Below are positions 1-10,106 of a stretch of 64,000 nucleotides of DNA, piece by piece. The stretch is taken from positions 544,001 to 608,000 of the forward strand of contig CAWCAG010000005.1 of NCBI GenBank assembly GCA_963793425.1, in the 5' to 3' direction. Position 1 is the first letter of the stretch. Every line of letters starts with the position of its first letter. Below the pieces are notes generated by a model. The model saw only the letters and a program-made list of their open reading frames with translations, searched no databases and was not told where the DNA came from. Origin of the DNA: an uncultured cyanobacterium (GTDB taxonomy: Bacteria > Cyanobacteriota > Cyanobacteriia > Cyanobacteriales > CAWCAG01). Position numbers and translations under genes: made by a program.

Positions 1-415
1 TGGCGAAATTAGCAGTTTCCCCTCGCTTACCTAAGACAATCAGATCCGCCCCTTTTTCCAGTTCATGGAATTTATCCACTAGGAAACCAGTTTCGTGGGT
101 GAGGGTAATAGCTTCAGGAGCAAGATTATGGCTGAGGAAAAACTGTTGAGCAGATTCTAAAATAATTTTTGCTCGGAGGTGATTAACTTTTGCTCTTTCA
201 TGCTCTAAGTCTACTAATTTATCTAACAATTCTTGGTAAGTATCAATGCCCAAGTTCCCACTAAAATCATGGGTTTGCACAGCTTGTTCTTTACGCCTAT
301 CAGTAACGTACAAAACTTCTATTTCTATAGGTATTCGCTTTGCTAACCAAGCAACGTATTCATAACCAATTTGAGCAAAAGCCGAACCATCGGTGCAAAG
401 GAGGATTTTTTTCAT
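1..415 (-). CDS. Universal stress protein (partial, runs off window start)
   Basis: Manual translation from ATG at 415: MKKILLCTDGSAFAQIGYEYVAWLA...ADLIVLGKRGE, with USP motifs; lies downstream of a SulP gene. Confidence 0.85.
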   Translation of the reverse strand, partial: MKKILLCTDGSAFAQIGYEYVAWLAKRIPIEIEVLYVTDRRKEQAVQTHDFSGNLGIDTYQELLDKLVDLEHERAKVNHLRAKIILESAQQFFLSHNLAPEAITLTHETGFLVDKFHELEKGADLIVLGKRGETANFA

Positions 416-519
416 AGGGAGTTGGGGAGTTGGGGAGCTAGGGAATTAGGGAACTAGGGAGCTAGGGAGTTGGGGAGCTAAAACCAACCTATTACTTATT
501 ACTTATTACTTATTACTTA
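416..519. repeat. STRR tandem repeats (GGGAGTTG/GGGAGCTA 8-mers, then TTACTTA 7-mers)
   Basis: Directly visible tandem units. Confidence 0.9.
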
Positions 520-520
520 A

Positions 521-1999
521 CTAGTGGCTTGCTAAATCTTTTAATCCTTCAGGTTTATCATGAATGGCGAGTTTATCTAACAGAGTGGCACTTGCTTTAT
601 TGAGTCCTACAAGTTTAACTTCAGCCCCCTTACGACGAAATTTGAGGATGATTTTATCAATAGCAACAATCGCAGATTGATCCCATAAATGGGCCTGGGT
701 TAAATCGATAATTACCAGTTCTAAATCTTCCCTAAAGTCAAAAGCAGCCAAGAAATCATTAATAGAAACGAAAAAGATTTGACCACTGACATAGTAAGTC
801 AGCTTGGTTGCATCGGCGCTAAGTTCACTTTCTACAAATACCAATTGAGCAATTTTACGAGAAAAGAACAAGGTACTTAAGGCAACACCAAATAGAACTC
901 CTAAAGCCAAGTTGTGGGTAATCACAGTAATGGCAACTGTAACCAACATCACCGTTGTTTCACTTTTTGGTAAGCGCTGGAAATTTAAAGACTTCCAATT
1001 AAAAGTACCAATGGAAACCATAATCATCACTGCTACCAATGCTGCCATGGGAATTCTTTCTACCCAACTGCCCAAAATTAGCATGAAAAGAAGTAAGAAA
1101 ACCCCAGCACTAAAGGTAGAAAGGCGAGTTCGTCCCCCAGATTGAATGTTGATAACCGATTGCCCAATCATGGCACAACCGGCCATACCCCCAAAAAAGC
1201 TAGTAATAATATTGGCGATGCCTTGACCCCTTGCCTCTTGATTTTTGTTGCTTGGGGTGTCAGTGAGATCATCAAGTACTGAAGCAGTTAAGAAAGATTC
1301 CAACAAACCCACTACTGAAAGGGTGAGGGCGTGGGGAAAAATAATTCTCAGGGTTTCTAAATTATAAGGAACTTGGGGGATATGAAATGCAGGTAAAGTC
1401 CTGGGCAAATCTCCCATATCCCCTACTGTTGGGACATTCACATTACCAATTAAGGCAATTAAAGTAAGAATAATAATCGCAATTAAAGGGGAAGGAACCG
1501 CTTTTGTCAAGCGAGGTAGCAGATAAATAATTGCCAAACCCCCAGCCACCATAGCATACATTTCCCAACCCACCCCCACAAACTGGGGCAGTTGAGCCAT
1601 GAAAATCAAGATTGCTAGGGCATTGACAAAGCCCACCAAAACGGAACGGGGTACATATTTCATCTGCCGCCCTACCCTCAGCAGTCCCCAAATAATTTGC
1701 AAAATCCCCGTGAGGATACCCGCAGCAAAAAGGTACTCAATGCCATGGTCTTTAACTAAATAAACCATCAGCAAGGCCATAGCCCCAGTTGCTGCTGAGA
1801 TCATCCCCGAACGACCTCCAGTAAAGGCAATAGTCACCGCCATAATAAAAGAAGCGTACAACCCGACTTTCGGGTCTACCCCAGCCACAATGGAAAAGGC
1901 GATCGCTTCTGGAATTAAAGCGAGGGCAACCACAACTCCTGCTAGTAAGTTACCTGGAATATCTGAGAACCATTCGTTTTTTAGAGTTGTTGCCTTCAA
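521..1999 (-). CDS. SulP family inorganic anion transporter with STAS domain
   Basis: [23 protein letters not shown] motifs; C-terminal STAS-like [13 protein letters not shown]. Confidence 0.92.
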   Translation of the reverse strand: MKATTLKNEWFSDIPGNLLAGVVVALALIPEAIAFSIVAGVDPKVGLYASFIMAVTIAFTGGRSGMISAATGAMALLMVYLVKDHGIEYLFAAGILTGILQIIWGLLRVGRQMKYVPRSVLVGFVNALAILIFMAQLPQFVGVGWEMYAMVAGGLAIIYLLPRLTKAVPSPLIAIIILTLIALIGNVNVPTVGDMGDLPRTLPAFHIPQVPYNLETLRIIFPHALTLSVVGLLESFLTASVLDDLTDTPSNKNQEARGQGIANIITSFFGGMAGCAMIGQSVINIQSGGRTRLSTFSAGVFLLLFMLILGSWVERIPMAALVAVMIMVSIGTFNWKSLNFQRLPKSETTVMLVTVAITVITHNLALGVLFGVALSTLFFSRKIAQLVFVESELSADATKLTYYVSGQIFFVSINDFLAAFDFREDLELVIIDLTQAHLWDQSAIVAIDKIILKFRRKGAEVKLVGLNKASATLLDKLAIHDKPEGLKDLASH

Positions 2000-2066
2000 A
2001 GTTTTTTTTAAGTTTCGTCACCAAATAGTAACATTTTGCCGGAAACCAATGAGCAGCGACGAAAGA

Positions 2067-3203
2067 TTATCGTTTTTCTATACCCAAATAAGGTGCATTA
2101 TGGTTTCCTGTATAAACTTGAGTGGGACGGAAAATGCGGTTAACGGCAAGCTGTTCTTTCCAATGTGCCAACCAACCTGCTGCCCTGGCGATCGCGAATA
2201 TAGGAGTAAATAAATCTGTCGGAATGCCCAACTTGCGATAAACCAAGCCAGAGTAAAAGTCTACGTTGGCATAAATGCCTCTATGACCTAAGTTTTCTTC
2301 CACTACAGTTTCCAACTCTAAAGCCATTTCGTAATATTTATCATCCCCAGCTTCAGCAAATAGCTTTTCTGCTAAACCCTGCAAAATAATGGCTCTAGGG
2401 TCTTTAACCTTATAAACTCGATGCCCGAAACCCATAATTTTCTGTTTATTTACCAAGCAATTTTCGATATAGGGGCGAACCTTAGCCACAGAACCAATTT
2501 CTTCTAACATATCAATAACTTCTTCATTAGCACCACCGTGTAAAGGTCCAGCTAATGTTCCTACCGCCGAAGCAATTACGCCATAGGGATCAGTTAAAGT
2601 AGAAGCTGTTACCATTGCCGAGAACGTAGAAGCATTAATCGTATGTTCGGCATGAAGAATCAGACAAACTTCAAAGATTTTTGCAGCAATAGGGTCTGGT
2701 TCTTTTTCAGTCAGCATATACAAAAAGTTAGCTGCATAACCAAGATCATCTTTTGGCTTGACCGGATCATGACCCTTACGCATCAACTTAAAAGCTGCCA
2801 CCATTGTCGGAATCTTGGCTAACAGCCTCACCACCGCTTCGCGAATATATTCTGGGTTATCCAAAGCACGGCGAGAATAAAACAAACCCAAAGCTGCTGC
2901 TGAGGTTTGTAGGGCATCCATGGGGTGACTAGTTTCCGGGAAACATTTCATCATATCCCGAATACGATACTTAATACGCCGATGATGATTAACATCGTAT
3001 TTAAAAAGGGTAAGTTCTTCTTCTTTAGGTAACTTGCCCCAAATCAATAAGTAGGCTGTTTCTAGAAATGTAGACTTTTCTGCCAATTCTTCAATACGAA
3101 TACCGCGATACTCAAGAATTCCTTGTTTGCCATCCACATAGCTAATATCAGACCGGGCTGCGGGAATACCTTCTAAACCTGGTTTATATTCACAAACTGT
3201 CAT
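2067..3203 (-). CDS. gltA: Citrate synthase
   Basis: GLEG, HAEHTINASTF, GPLHGGANE, GFGHRVYK, NVDFYSG motifs; start MTVCEY at 3203 preferred over 3224. Confidence 0.97.
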   Translation of the reverse strand: MTVCEYKPGLEGIPAARSDISYVDGKQGILEYRGIRIEELAEKSTFLETAYLLIWGKLPKEEELTLFKYDVNHHRRIKYRIRDMMKCFPETSHPMDALQTSAAALGLFYSRRALDNPEYIREAVVRLLAKIPTMVAAFKLMRKGHDPVKPKDDLGYAANFLYMLTEKEPDPIAAKIFEVCLILHAEHTINASTFSAMVTASTLTDPYGVIASAVGTLAGPLHGGANEEVIDMLEEIGSVAKVRPYIENCLVNKQKIMGFGHRVYKVKDPRAIILQGLAEKLFAEAGDDKYYEMALELETVVEENLGHRGIYANVDFYSGLVYRKLGIPTDLFTPIFAIARAAGWLAHWKEQLAVNRIFRPTQVYTGNHNAPYLGIEKR

Positions 3204-3295
3204 ACTTCTACCAATAAGCGACAAAATACTATTGAGATTAACTTGCTTTGATGGGCCAAGTAGTCATTTTTACTACAAGTAAGCCTAGATAAAAA

Positions 3296-3778
3296 TCAAA
3301 GAATCCACTGAGGAGAACTGAGTAAAAACAATTCACTATTACCTAGAGGAGGAGAATGATCGGGAAGTTTCAAACCAATGACACCAGCCTTCTTAACAAT
3401 TAGTTTCTCTGAACACTCACCCCAAACTAAAATCTCCACCCAGTTACCTAAATTAGGTTGATGACCTACCAAAGCAAGATAGCTAACTTTATTATTATCA
3501 TGCCAGCTAAGCCAATCTTGAATATTTCCCTCTGGGGCAAGGGGAGGAAAAACTTCTATCTTTGGACTTAAACCCTCTTCTTGTAAGATTTGTGCTGTTT
3601 GCTTGGCTCTAATTAAAGGGCTGGTTAAAATTAAATCAAACCCAACACCTTTTTGCCAAAGGTGTTGAGCCACTTGACGAGTCTTCTTTTCTCCTTTTTT
3701 AACTAAAGGCCTCTCCTCATCGTTGAGATAAGTCCCCCGTTCAGCAGCTATGCCATGACGAATCAAGTACAATTTCAT
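3296..3778 (-). CDS. sixA: Phosphohistidine phosphatase SixA
   Basis: LIRHG, TSPLIRAKQTA, LVGHQP motifs; adjacent to gltA. Confidence 0.92.
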   Translation of the reverse strand: MKLYLIRHGIAAERGTYLNDEERPLVKKGEKKTRQVAQHLWQKGVGFDLILTSPLIRAKQTAQILQEEGLSPKIEVFPPLAPEGNIQDWLSWHDNNKVSYLALVGHQPNLGNWVEILVWGECSEKLIVKKAGVIGLKLPDHSPPLGNSELFLLSSPQWIL

Positions 3779-3848
3779 TCAGTTATCAGCTATTCAGTAA
3801 ACACTTTAGTCTTGGGCAACGGCTAAGTCGTACAGTTATCAGTTATCA

Positions 3849-4616
3849 ATGACACATACTATTGTTAGTTTTTATTATTTTAAAGAGCTTTCTAACTACG
3901 AGGAAATGCGCCTGGGCTTAGAATCTTTGTGCGCTCAACAAAACCTCAAAGGAACAATTATTCTCGCTTCTGAGGGTATCAACGGCACTATAGCAGGTAG
4001 TCAGGAAGGAATTGATACTTTGCTAAACTATTTGCGCCAACAATCTCGCTTCCCTAACTTAGAAGTTAAAGAATCTGTGGCGGAACAAAATCCTTTTAGA
4101 CGGCTCAAAGTCAAGGCAAAAAAAGAAATCGTTACCTTTGGTATTCCCGTCGGCGATCGCGTTAGCAAAAGAGGAACTCCTATTCAACCCCAAGAGTGGA
4201 ACCAACTAATCAGCGATCCTGAAGTGACAGTAATCGATACTCGCAACGACTACGAAGTTGGTATTGGCACTTTTCAAGGAGCAAAAGATCCTCAGCTTAA
4301 GTCCTTTCGTGAGTTCCCCCATTATGCTCAAGAAAAACTTCATCCCCAGAAGCAGAAGAAAATTGCTATGTTCTGTACAGGAGGAATACGGTGCGAAAAA
4401 GCCAGTGCTTATTTATTAGAGCAAGGTTTTGAGCAAGTGTACCAACTCCAAGGCGGCATTCTCAAGTACTTAGAACAAGTTCCTCCCCAAGAAAGTAAGT
4501 GGCAAGGAGAATGCTTCGTATTTGACGAGCGAGTCAGTGTAGACGAAAATCTACAACCAGGCACTTATACACTTTGCCCAGAAACAGGATCGCCAGTTTT
4601 AGATGGTAATGGCTAA
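3849..4616 (+). CDS. Rhodanese-related UPF0176 protein (TrhO-like tRNA uridine hydroxylase)
   Basis: EGINGT, DTRNDYE, CTGGIRCEKAS, CFVFDER motifs. Confidence 0.9.
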   Translation: MTHTIVSFYYFKELSNYEEMRLGLESLCAQQNLKGTIILASEGINGTIAGSQEGIDTLLNYLRQQSRFPNLEVKESVAEQNPFRRLKVKAKKEIVTFGIPVGDRVSKRGTPIQPQEWNQLISDPEVTVIDTRNDYEVGIGTFQGAKDPQLKSFREFPHYAQEKLHPQKQKKIAMFCTGGIRCEKASAYLLEQGFEQVYQLQGGILKYLEQVPPQESKWQGECFVFDERVSVDENLQPGTYTLCPETGSPVLDGNG

Positions 4617-4741
4617 TGGCTAATAGCTAATGGCTAGTTGCTAGTTGCTAGTTGCTAATCGCTAACTGATCAATGATCATTGTTCGGCTTGCCGTTGCCG
4701 TTAGGCATCATTGATAACTGAATAACTGACAACTGATAACT
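4606..4741. repeat. STRR heptamer cluster with an embedded 25-nt GC-rich SDR-like insert (4683-4707)
   Basis: TGGCTAA, CTAGTTG and ATAACTG-type units; insert flanked by TCATTG direct repeats. Confidence 0.75.
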
Positions 4742-4744
4742 TAA

Positions 4745-6208
4745 ATGTCCAACTCAGACCACAACATTAATAGATTCAACCGACTGCAACCATTAGATAG
4801 AGTTGCTTTGGGTACTATTTTGGTCATTTTAGTACTGGTTAGTATCTTGCTTCTAGTTGGCGATCGCACTTCTGTTCGAGTTGCAGATTTTAGTTGGCAG
4901 AACAAACAGGTAGGAGTTGGGGATCGCTCTTTCGCCTTGACTTTCAACGCCCCTATTAACCCAGCAAGTGTAGAAAAAGAAGCTTTATCCATCAAACCTG
5001 GCTTAGATGGGAAAGTTAGTTTGGTAGGAAGGCGGATGTTTTATAATCTCACGGAGATCCCCGCCTATGAAACTAAATATACTGTCGTCTTGAAAAGTGC
5101 GAAAGATGAATTAGAACCTTTTAGCAGTAACTTTATCACCCGCGATCGCTACTTAGCTTATATAGGGGTTAAAGGAGAAGAAAAAGGGCGATTACTGCTC
5201 TATAATTGGGCAGAGAAAAGTAAGGTTATACTTACGCCTCCTGCTTTAGTCGTAACTGACTTTGTAGCTTATCGAGAAGGAGATAAGTTATTGTTTTCTG
5301 CCTGGAGAATTGGTAGCAAAACCCAAAAGTTTTCTCAACAGAAACTTTATACCGTTACCACAGGATTAAACTTTGCTTCTACTACTCAAGCAAAACCTTC
5401 AGGAAGACTGGAATTAATTTTAGATGCTAAAGACTACCAAAATCTCCAGTTTTCTTTATCTCCAGCAGAGGAAAAAATTATTGTCCAAAGAGTTAGTCGT
5501 ACTAACCCAGGAGAGTTTGGCTTATGGTCAATATCTTCAGATCAAGAAGCAGAATCTTTGGGGATCAAAGGAGGAGAGTTTCAGATTACTCCCCAAGGAG
5601 ATACCATAGCAGTTGCTCAAACCCAAGGGATCAAAACCTTTCCCCTCATTCCAGAAGCCTCTACAGAAGTACTTTTCTCTAATTATGGCCGCATACTTGA
5701 TTTTTCTCGTCAAGGTAGCAAAGTGATGGTAAAGTTCAACCCGGATGCTACCCAGTCCTTGTTTTTAGTTGAGCAAACAGGACAAGGAGAAGGAGAAGCA
5801 AAAGAAGTACTCAAAACTCAAGGCTCTATTTTTAGCTGCCAGTTTGAACCGCGTCAAGAAGAAGCTCTTTATTGTTTAATCACGCAACGAACAGAAGAAA
5901 CAACCTCAGAGCAATCTACTCTAACACTTATTAATCTTAAAACATTTCAAGCAACTCCTCTCATTGCTTTACCTAATCAACAAGCCGTTAAAATGAATAT
6001 AGCCCCTGACGGGAGTAATTTGGTTTTTGAGCAATTATTAGCTCCTATACCCGGTTCTTCTACTCTATTGCAAGGAAATGATGGACAAGGGATTTCATCA
6101 GGAAAGATTTGGTTACTAAATTTACCAAATATTCCTTCTCCAGATAATTTAGCCGCAGAAAAACCGCAACAACTAGTACCTGGTTTTAAACCAACTTGGC
6201 TACCTTAA
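4745..6208 (+). CDS. Membrane-anchored protein, probable Ig-like domain plus TolB-like beta-propeller
   Basis: N-terminal TM helix; LTFNAPINPASVE Big_5-like motif; SP-D/Q-G-type repeats; C-terminal PTWLP. Confidence 0.6.
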   Translation: MSNSDHNINRFNRLQPLDRVALGTILVILVLVSILLLVGDRTSVRVADFSWQNKQVGVGDRSFALTFNAPINPASVEKEALSIKPGLDGKVSLVGRRMFYNLTEIPAYETKYTVVLKSAKDELEPFSSNFITRDRYLAYIGVKGEEKGRLLLYNWAEKSKVILTPPALVVTDFVAYREGDKLLFSAWRIGSKTQKFSQQKLYTVTTGLNFASTTQAKPSGRLELILDAKDYQNLQFSLSPAEEKIIVQRVSRTNPGEFGLWSISSDQEAESLGIKGGEFQITPQGDTIAVAQTQGIKTFPLIPEASTEVLFSNYGRILDFSRQGSKVMVKFNPDATQSLFLVEQTGQGEGEAKEVLKTQGSIFSCQFEPRQEEALYCLITQRTEETTSEQSTLTLINLKTFQATPLIALPNQQAVKMNIAPDGSNLVFEQLLAPIPGSSTLLQGNDGQGISSGKIWLLNLPNIPSPDNLAAEKPQQLVPGFKPTWLP

Positions 6209-7005
6209 TCGACTACAAAATGAGGGAATACTAGGTAAGTTGTTGAGGCAACAAATTCAATAAAACTGGTCAGGAATTTGTTAGAATTTTTATTTACTTT
6301 TTTCGAGTAGATAATATAAAATTAGGTTAAGTATGTATATAACTTTTTTTCTCTAGTTATATGCAGAAATATCTAAGCTAGATTTGAGCAAGTAGGAAAT
6401 TTTAATCTCAGCATAATCTCTGCCAAACAAACTTTTGTCAGACAGACTAGAGAGATAGGGCATCTACACTTCCAGTTTTTTTATACATAAGGAATTTACT
6501 GTTGAGGCGCAAGATGGTAAAAGCGGTTGCTCTATCAATTGATCAAGGCTTGCAAGGTGAAAACTTGCAATATTGCCACCAGCCTAGTGTTGAAAAATAT
6601 CTCTATCCATTAAAAAGTAAGCTCATCCTTTTAAACATTAATAAGTTAATAAATTTCCTTACGTTATTAAAGTAGCCATCATTTTAAAGTACATCCCAAC
6701 AAGTGCAAGTCGCTCATGCCGATGTTAATCCTCCACCAAGATGAAGATTAGCATCAACAAGTGATTAGTAGAGCCTACTAGCAAACCTTTAAATATTTTT
6801 TTAGGGAAGATTAAGAGCAAAATTCCCTGAAACTTCCCAATCTAAAAGTAAAAAAGAAAAGACCGGGAATGTCTTTTTGTAACTCAGAGTAGTCAAAGAA
6901 ATATTTTTTACTCTTTGCCGTAGTTGTGGGCAGCAAAAGGCAGTCAGCACTTATGAAAAACAACTAAGTATTAAAACAGTTTCAAGCACTAAGGAAAATG
7001 GGGAA

Positions 7006-7692
7006 ATGATTGTTGGTAAAGACGCAGATAATAACGAACCATTCGCTATACCACAAGAAGAAATAGAAGAAACACCGGAAATTAGAACTTCTCAATTAAA
7101 ATTTACTAATCGAGAATTTTATCAAAGACTACCTCAAAAACCGTTATTACTTCTGGGGGTAGGTTATTTCTTTTTAGGTATATTACTAGGGTTTCATCAA
7201 GCGCCTTGGTTAACTTGGTTGTTAACCGGGTTTAGCTCTTTGTTAGGAGTATTCAATAGTTCTTTAACTTTTTTCGTCCCCGTAATCGCTACTTTTTGTG
7301 TTCTTAGCTCTACCTCTATGTCCATTGTGACCGTAGTATTAGGGGCAGTAATGGCTTTAGTATTTCTGGGCTTACTCTTCTCCCTGGATTTTGATATTAC
7401 CAAAGCCTTAGAAGGAGGAGTATGGATCGGGGGGTTAATCTCTGGGGTTTTGTTACTAACTGACTTGTTTTTCAATGGCATCAATGCTTTTAGTAGCGAC
7501 GAGGAAATTTTTGCCGGTGCTGTTCCGATGGGGATCACTCTTTTGGTGGGCATAATCACCATTACCTTTGGTGCTAGTGCTTGGGTTCCGATGGGTTCTA
7601 AAGGCTTTGCCAAAAAGCAAACTCTACAAACTTTCGCTTTAGTTACAGGAATAGGCTTATTCCTCGGTTGGGGATTGGAAATGCTTCTTTAG
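7006..7692 (+). CDS. Hypothetical multi-pass membrane protein
   Basis: 228-aa ORF with about 6 hydrophobic segments. Confidence 0.7.
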   Translation: MIVGKDADNNEPFAIPQEEIEETPEIRTSQLKFTNREFYQRLPQKPLLLLGVGYFFLGILLGFHQAPWLTWLLTGFSSLLGVFNSSLTFFVPVIATFCVLSSTSMSIVTVVLGAVMALVFLGLLFSLDFDITKALEGGVWIGGLISGVLLLTDLFFNGINAFSSDEEIFAGAVPMGITLLVGIITITFGASAWVPMGSKGFAKKQTLQTFALVTGIGLFLGWGLEMLL

Positions 7693-7851
7693 ATGTAGAT
7701 TGGCGACCACAAGAACCAAAATTTGCCACGATGTTAAGGATTGATGCACAATTACTGTCAAAGTAACGGCAATAAGCTAAGATTCAGTCTCAAATGCTGG
7801 CTAATTTCTTAACTTAGTGTTTAAAATTTTGGTTTTATGAGGAGTCGAACT

Positions 7852-8475
7852 ATGAAAAAAATTAAAGCTTCAATCTTTCTAGCTGGTGCGCTCAGTTTAG
7901 GGCTAGCCTGGGAAGCTACAGCTAGTGAAGTGAGTTTACAACCAACCAACACCCTGAACTCAGAATCAACCTCTACAGTGCAAGTAGCCCAGGGATTTGA
8001 GGGGCAATGTCGCTTAACTAACAGAACCGCAGACATTTTTTCTCAACCTTCAGTAGGTAATGCCTCCCAGCGAATCAGAATCTTAACTTCTGATACTAGA
8101 GTGACTTTAGGGAGTGTTGTTAGCAATGGCTGGATTTCAGTTACTGCTCCGGTAGAAGGTTATATTATTGCTCGTTATCTCAAAGGCTGTCCAGGAGGTA
8201 ATACTGCGGCTAACCCACAGCCCACTCCTACTCCTACTCCTACCACTGGTTCAGGTTGTCGTACCACTAACGTAGGATTAATTATCCGTCCTCGCCCCAT
8301 AGCTGGTTCTTTACCTTTAGTGGGTTCTGTAGCCGCAGGAAGTAATATCACTATCACTGGTGCAGCGGAACAAGATAGTGTCGGCAGGACTTGGTATCGT
8401 ATTTCTGCTCCCCAAGCTGGCTGGGTTTCTGGTGGTGTAGGTAATAATAGTAATTTGGTTAATTGCTCTAATTAA
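7852..8475 (+). CDS. Secreted protein with two bacterial SH3-like domains
   Basis: Signal peptide; GWISVTAPVEGYI and WYRISAPQAGWV SH3b-like motifs joined by a PT linker. Confidence 0.75.
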   Translation: MKKIKASIFLAGALSLGLAWEATASEVSLQPTNTLNSESTSTVQVAQGFEGQCRLTNRTADIFSQPSVGNASQRIRILTSDTRVTLGSVVSNGWISVTAPVEGYIIARYLKGCPGGNTAANPQPTPTPTPTTGSGCRTTNVGLIIRPRPIAGSLPLVGSVAAGSNITITGAAEQDSVGRTWYRISAPQAGWVSGGVGNNSNLVNCSN

Positions 8476-8489
8476 TTGCTCTAATCAAC

Positions 8490-8548
8490 AGGGAGTAGGG
8501 AGTAGTATTAATTACTTATTACTTATTACTTATTACTTATTACTTATC
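8490..8548. repeat. STRR (GGGAGTA, TTACTTA) between convergent genes
   Basis: Directly visible. Confidence 0.85.
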
Positions 8549-8564
8549 CCCACTCCCTTCGTTA

Positions 8565-9899
8565 TCAATAAACGTCATTAGTGGGATCAACCGCAGGGCT
8601 TTCTAAGGGCATAACCAAAACCTTATCAACTCGGTTGCCATCCATATCCATCACCTCAAAGCGTAGATTGTCCCACTCGAAATGATCCGCAGCAGTAGGA
8701 ATTCTGCCCAGGTGGGTAATAACGAATCCTCCTAGAGTGTGGTAATTGCCTCTCTCTTCTCCTGGTAATCTTTTTAACTTAAACAAATCTCGAAACTCCT
8801 CAATTGGTAAAATTCCATCAATTAACCAAGAACCATCTTCCCTACGAGTAGCTTGGGGATTGTCTTGTTCATCAACTGTAGGAATATCACCGACAATGGC
8901 TTCCATAATGTCGTTGAGAGTTACCAAACCTTGGATAACGCCGTATTCATCAACCACCAAGGTGATATGGGTTCCTGTTTGCTTAAACAACTCCAACACC
9001 TTTAAGCCCCGCGTCGTTTCCGGAACAAAGAGAGGAGGGCGCAAACTAGAGGTGAGATCAAAAGGTTCCCCAGCTAAACAACTGGCAAGTAAATTGGTTA
9101 CTTGAACAATCCCTAAAACGTTATCCAAACTACCTTGACAAACTGTAAATCGGGTATGAATACTGTTGATTATTTTATGACGATTAGTTTCAGAAGAATC
9201 TTCTAAATCTAGCCAAACAATTTCTGGTCTGGGAGTCATCAAGGTGTTGATTTCCTTATCCCCCAGTTGCAAGACTCCTTCCACCATATCTTGCTCTGCT
9301 GCCTCAAACATACCCGCTTCAGTACCCTGTTTGAGCATGACTTTAATCTCTTCTTCGGTAATTAAAGGTTCTGAAGAAACTGTTGCTTTACCAAGAAGAC
9401 GTAGTACTAAATCAGTAGATAAACCCAATAAATGAACTACCGGAGAAGACAGTTTGGCTAAATTCCTTAAGGGTAAGGCAACACGCCGAGCAATTCGTTC
9501 TGGTTCATTGAGAGCAAGACGTTTAGGAACTAATTCCCCAATGACTAAAGAAAGATAAGTAATACATAATACTACTGTAACTAGAGCGATCGCTTCACTC
9601 TGTGGTTCCAGAAAGGGAAAACCTGCCAAAAAACGGGCTAATGATTCAGCGATAGTCGCACCGCCTAAAGCTCCTGCAAAGATGCCTATTAAGGTAATAC
9701 CAATCTGAACAGTAGAGAGAATTTGATTGGGGTTATTAGCAAGTTCTAGGGCAGCTTTAGCTTTATAGTCTCCTTGAGAACTAAGTTGTTCTAAACGAAT
9801 TTTACGGGAGGAGACGATAGCAATCTCCGACATGGCAAAGATGCCGTTAGCTATAATCAGCAAAAGTAGGAAAAGAATATCACTAGTGACGGAGAACAT
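8565..9899 (-). CDS. HlyC/CorC family (DUF21-CBS-CorC) transporter-associated protein
   Basis: FAMSEIA, VQIGIT, GELVPK, MTPR, VDEYG, TLGGF motifs. Confidence 0.93.
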   Translation of the reverse strand: MFSVTSDILFLLLLIIANGIFAMSEIAIVSSRKIRLEQLSSQGDYKAKAALELANNPNQILSTVQIGITLIGIFAGALGGATIAESLARFLAGFPFLEPQSEAIALVTVVLCITYLSLVIGELVPKRLALNEPERIARRVALPLRNLAKLSSPVVHLLGLSTDLVLRLLGKATVSSEPLITEEEIKVMLKQGTEAGMFEAAEQDMVEGVLQLGDKEINTLMTPRPEIVWLDLEDSSETNRHKIINSIHTRFTVCQGSLDNVLGIVQVTNLLASCLAGEPFDLTSSLRPPLFVPETTRGLKVLELFKQTGTHITLVVDEYGVIQGLVTLNDIMEAIVGDIPTVDEQDNPQATRREDGSWLIDGILPIEEFRDLFKLKRLPGEERGNYHTLGGFVITHLGRIPTAADHFEWDNLRFEVMDMDGNRVDKVLVMPLESPAVDPTNDVY

Positions 9900-10106
9900 C
9901 AATTTATTGACTCACAGAAGGTAACTATACTTACCTCCAGATAAATGTGCTAGCTCTAGTATCTTTTATTCATCCCCCATTGTGGGCATCATCACAATTT
10001 TGTATTGATTGTTCTTACCAATAAACTTTCCTAAATCCGTTACAAAAGTTAAAATGTATAGTAACTTAGAGCAAGTCCCTTGGGGTTTGTTGCTGGAGAC
10101 TAGAGA

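Noticed and set aside
416..519. Tandem repeats as a possible CRISPR array (also 8490, 58075, 59187)
   Set aside because: Units are 7-8 nt with no spacers and no cas genes; these are ordinary cyanobacterial STRRs.
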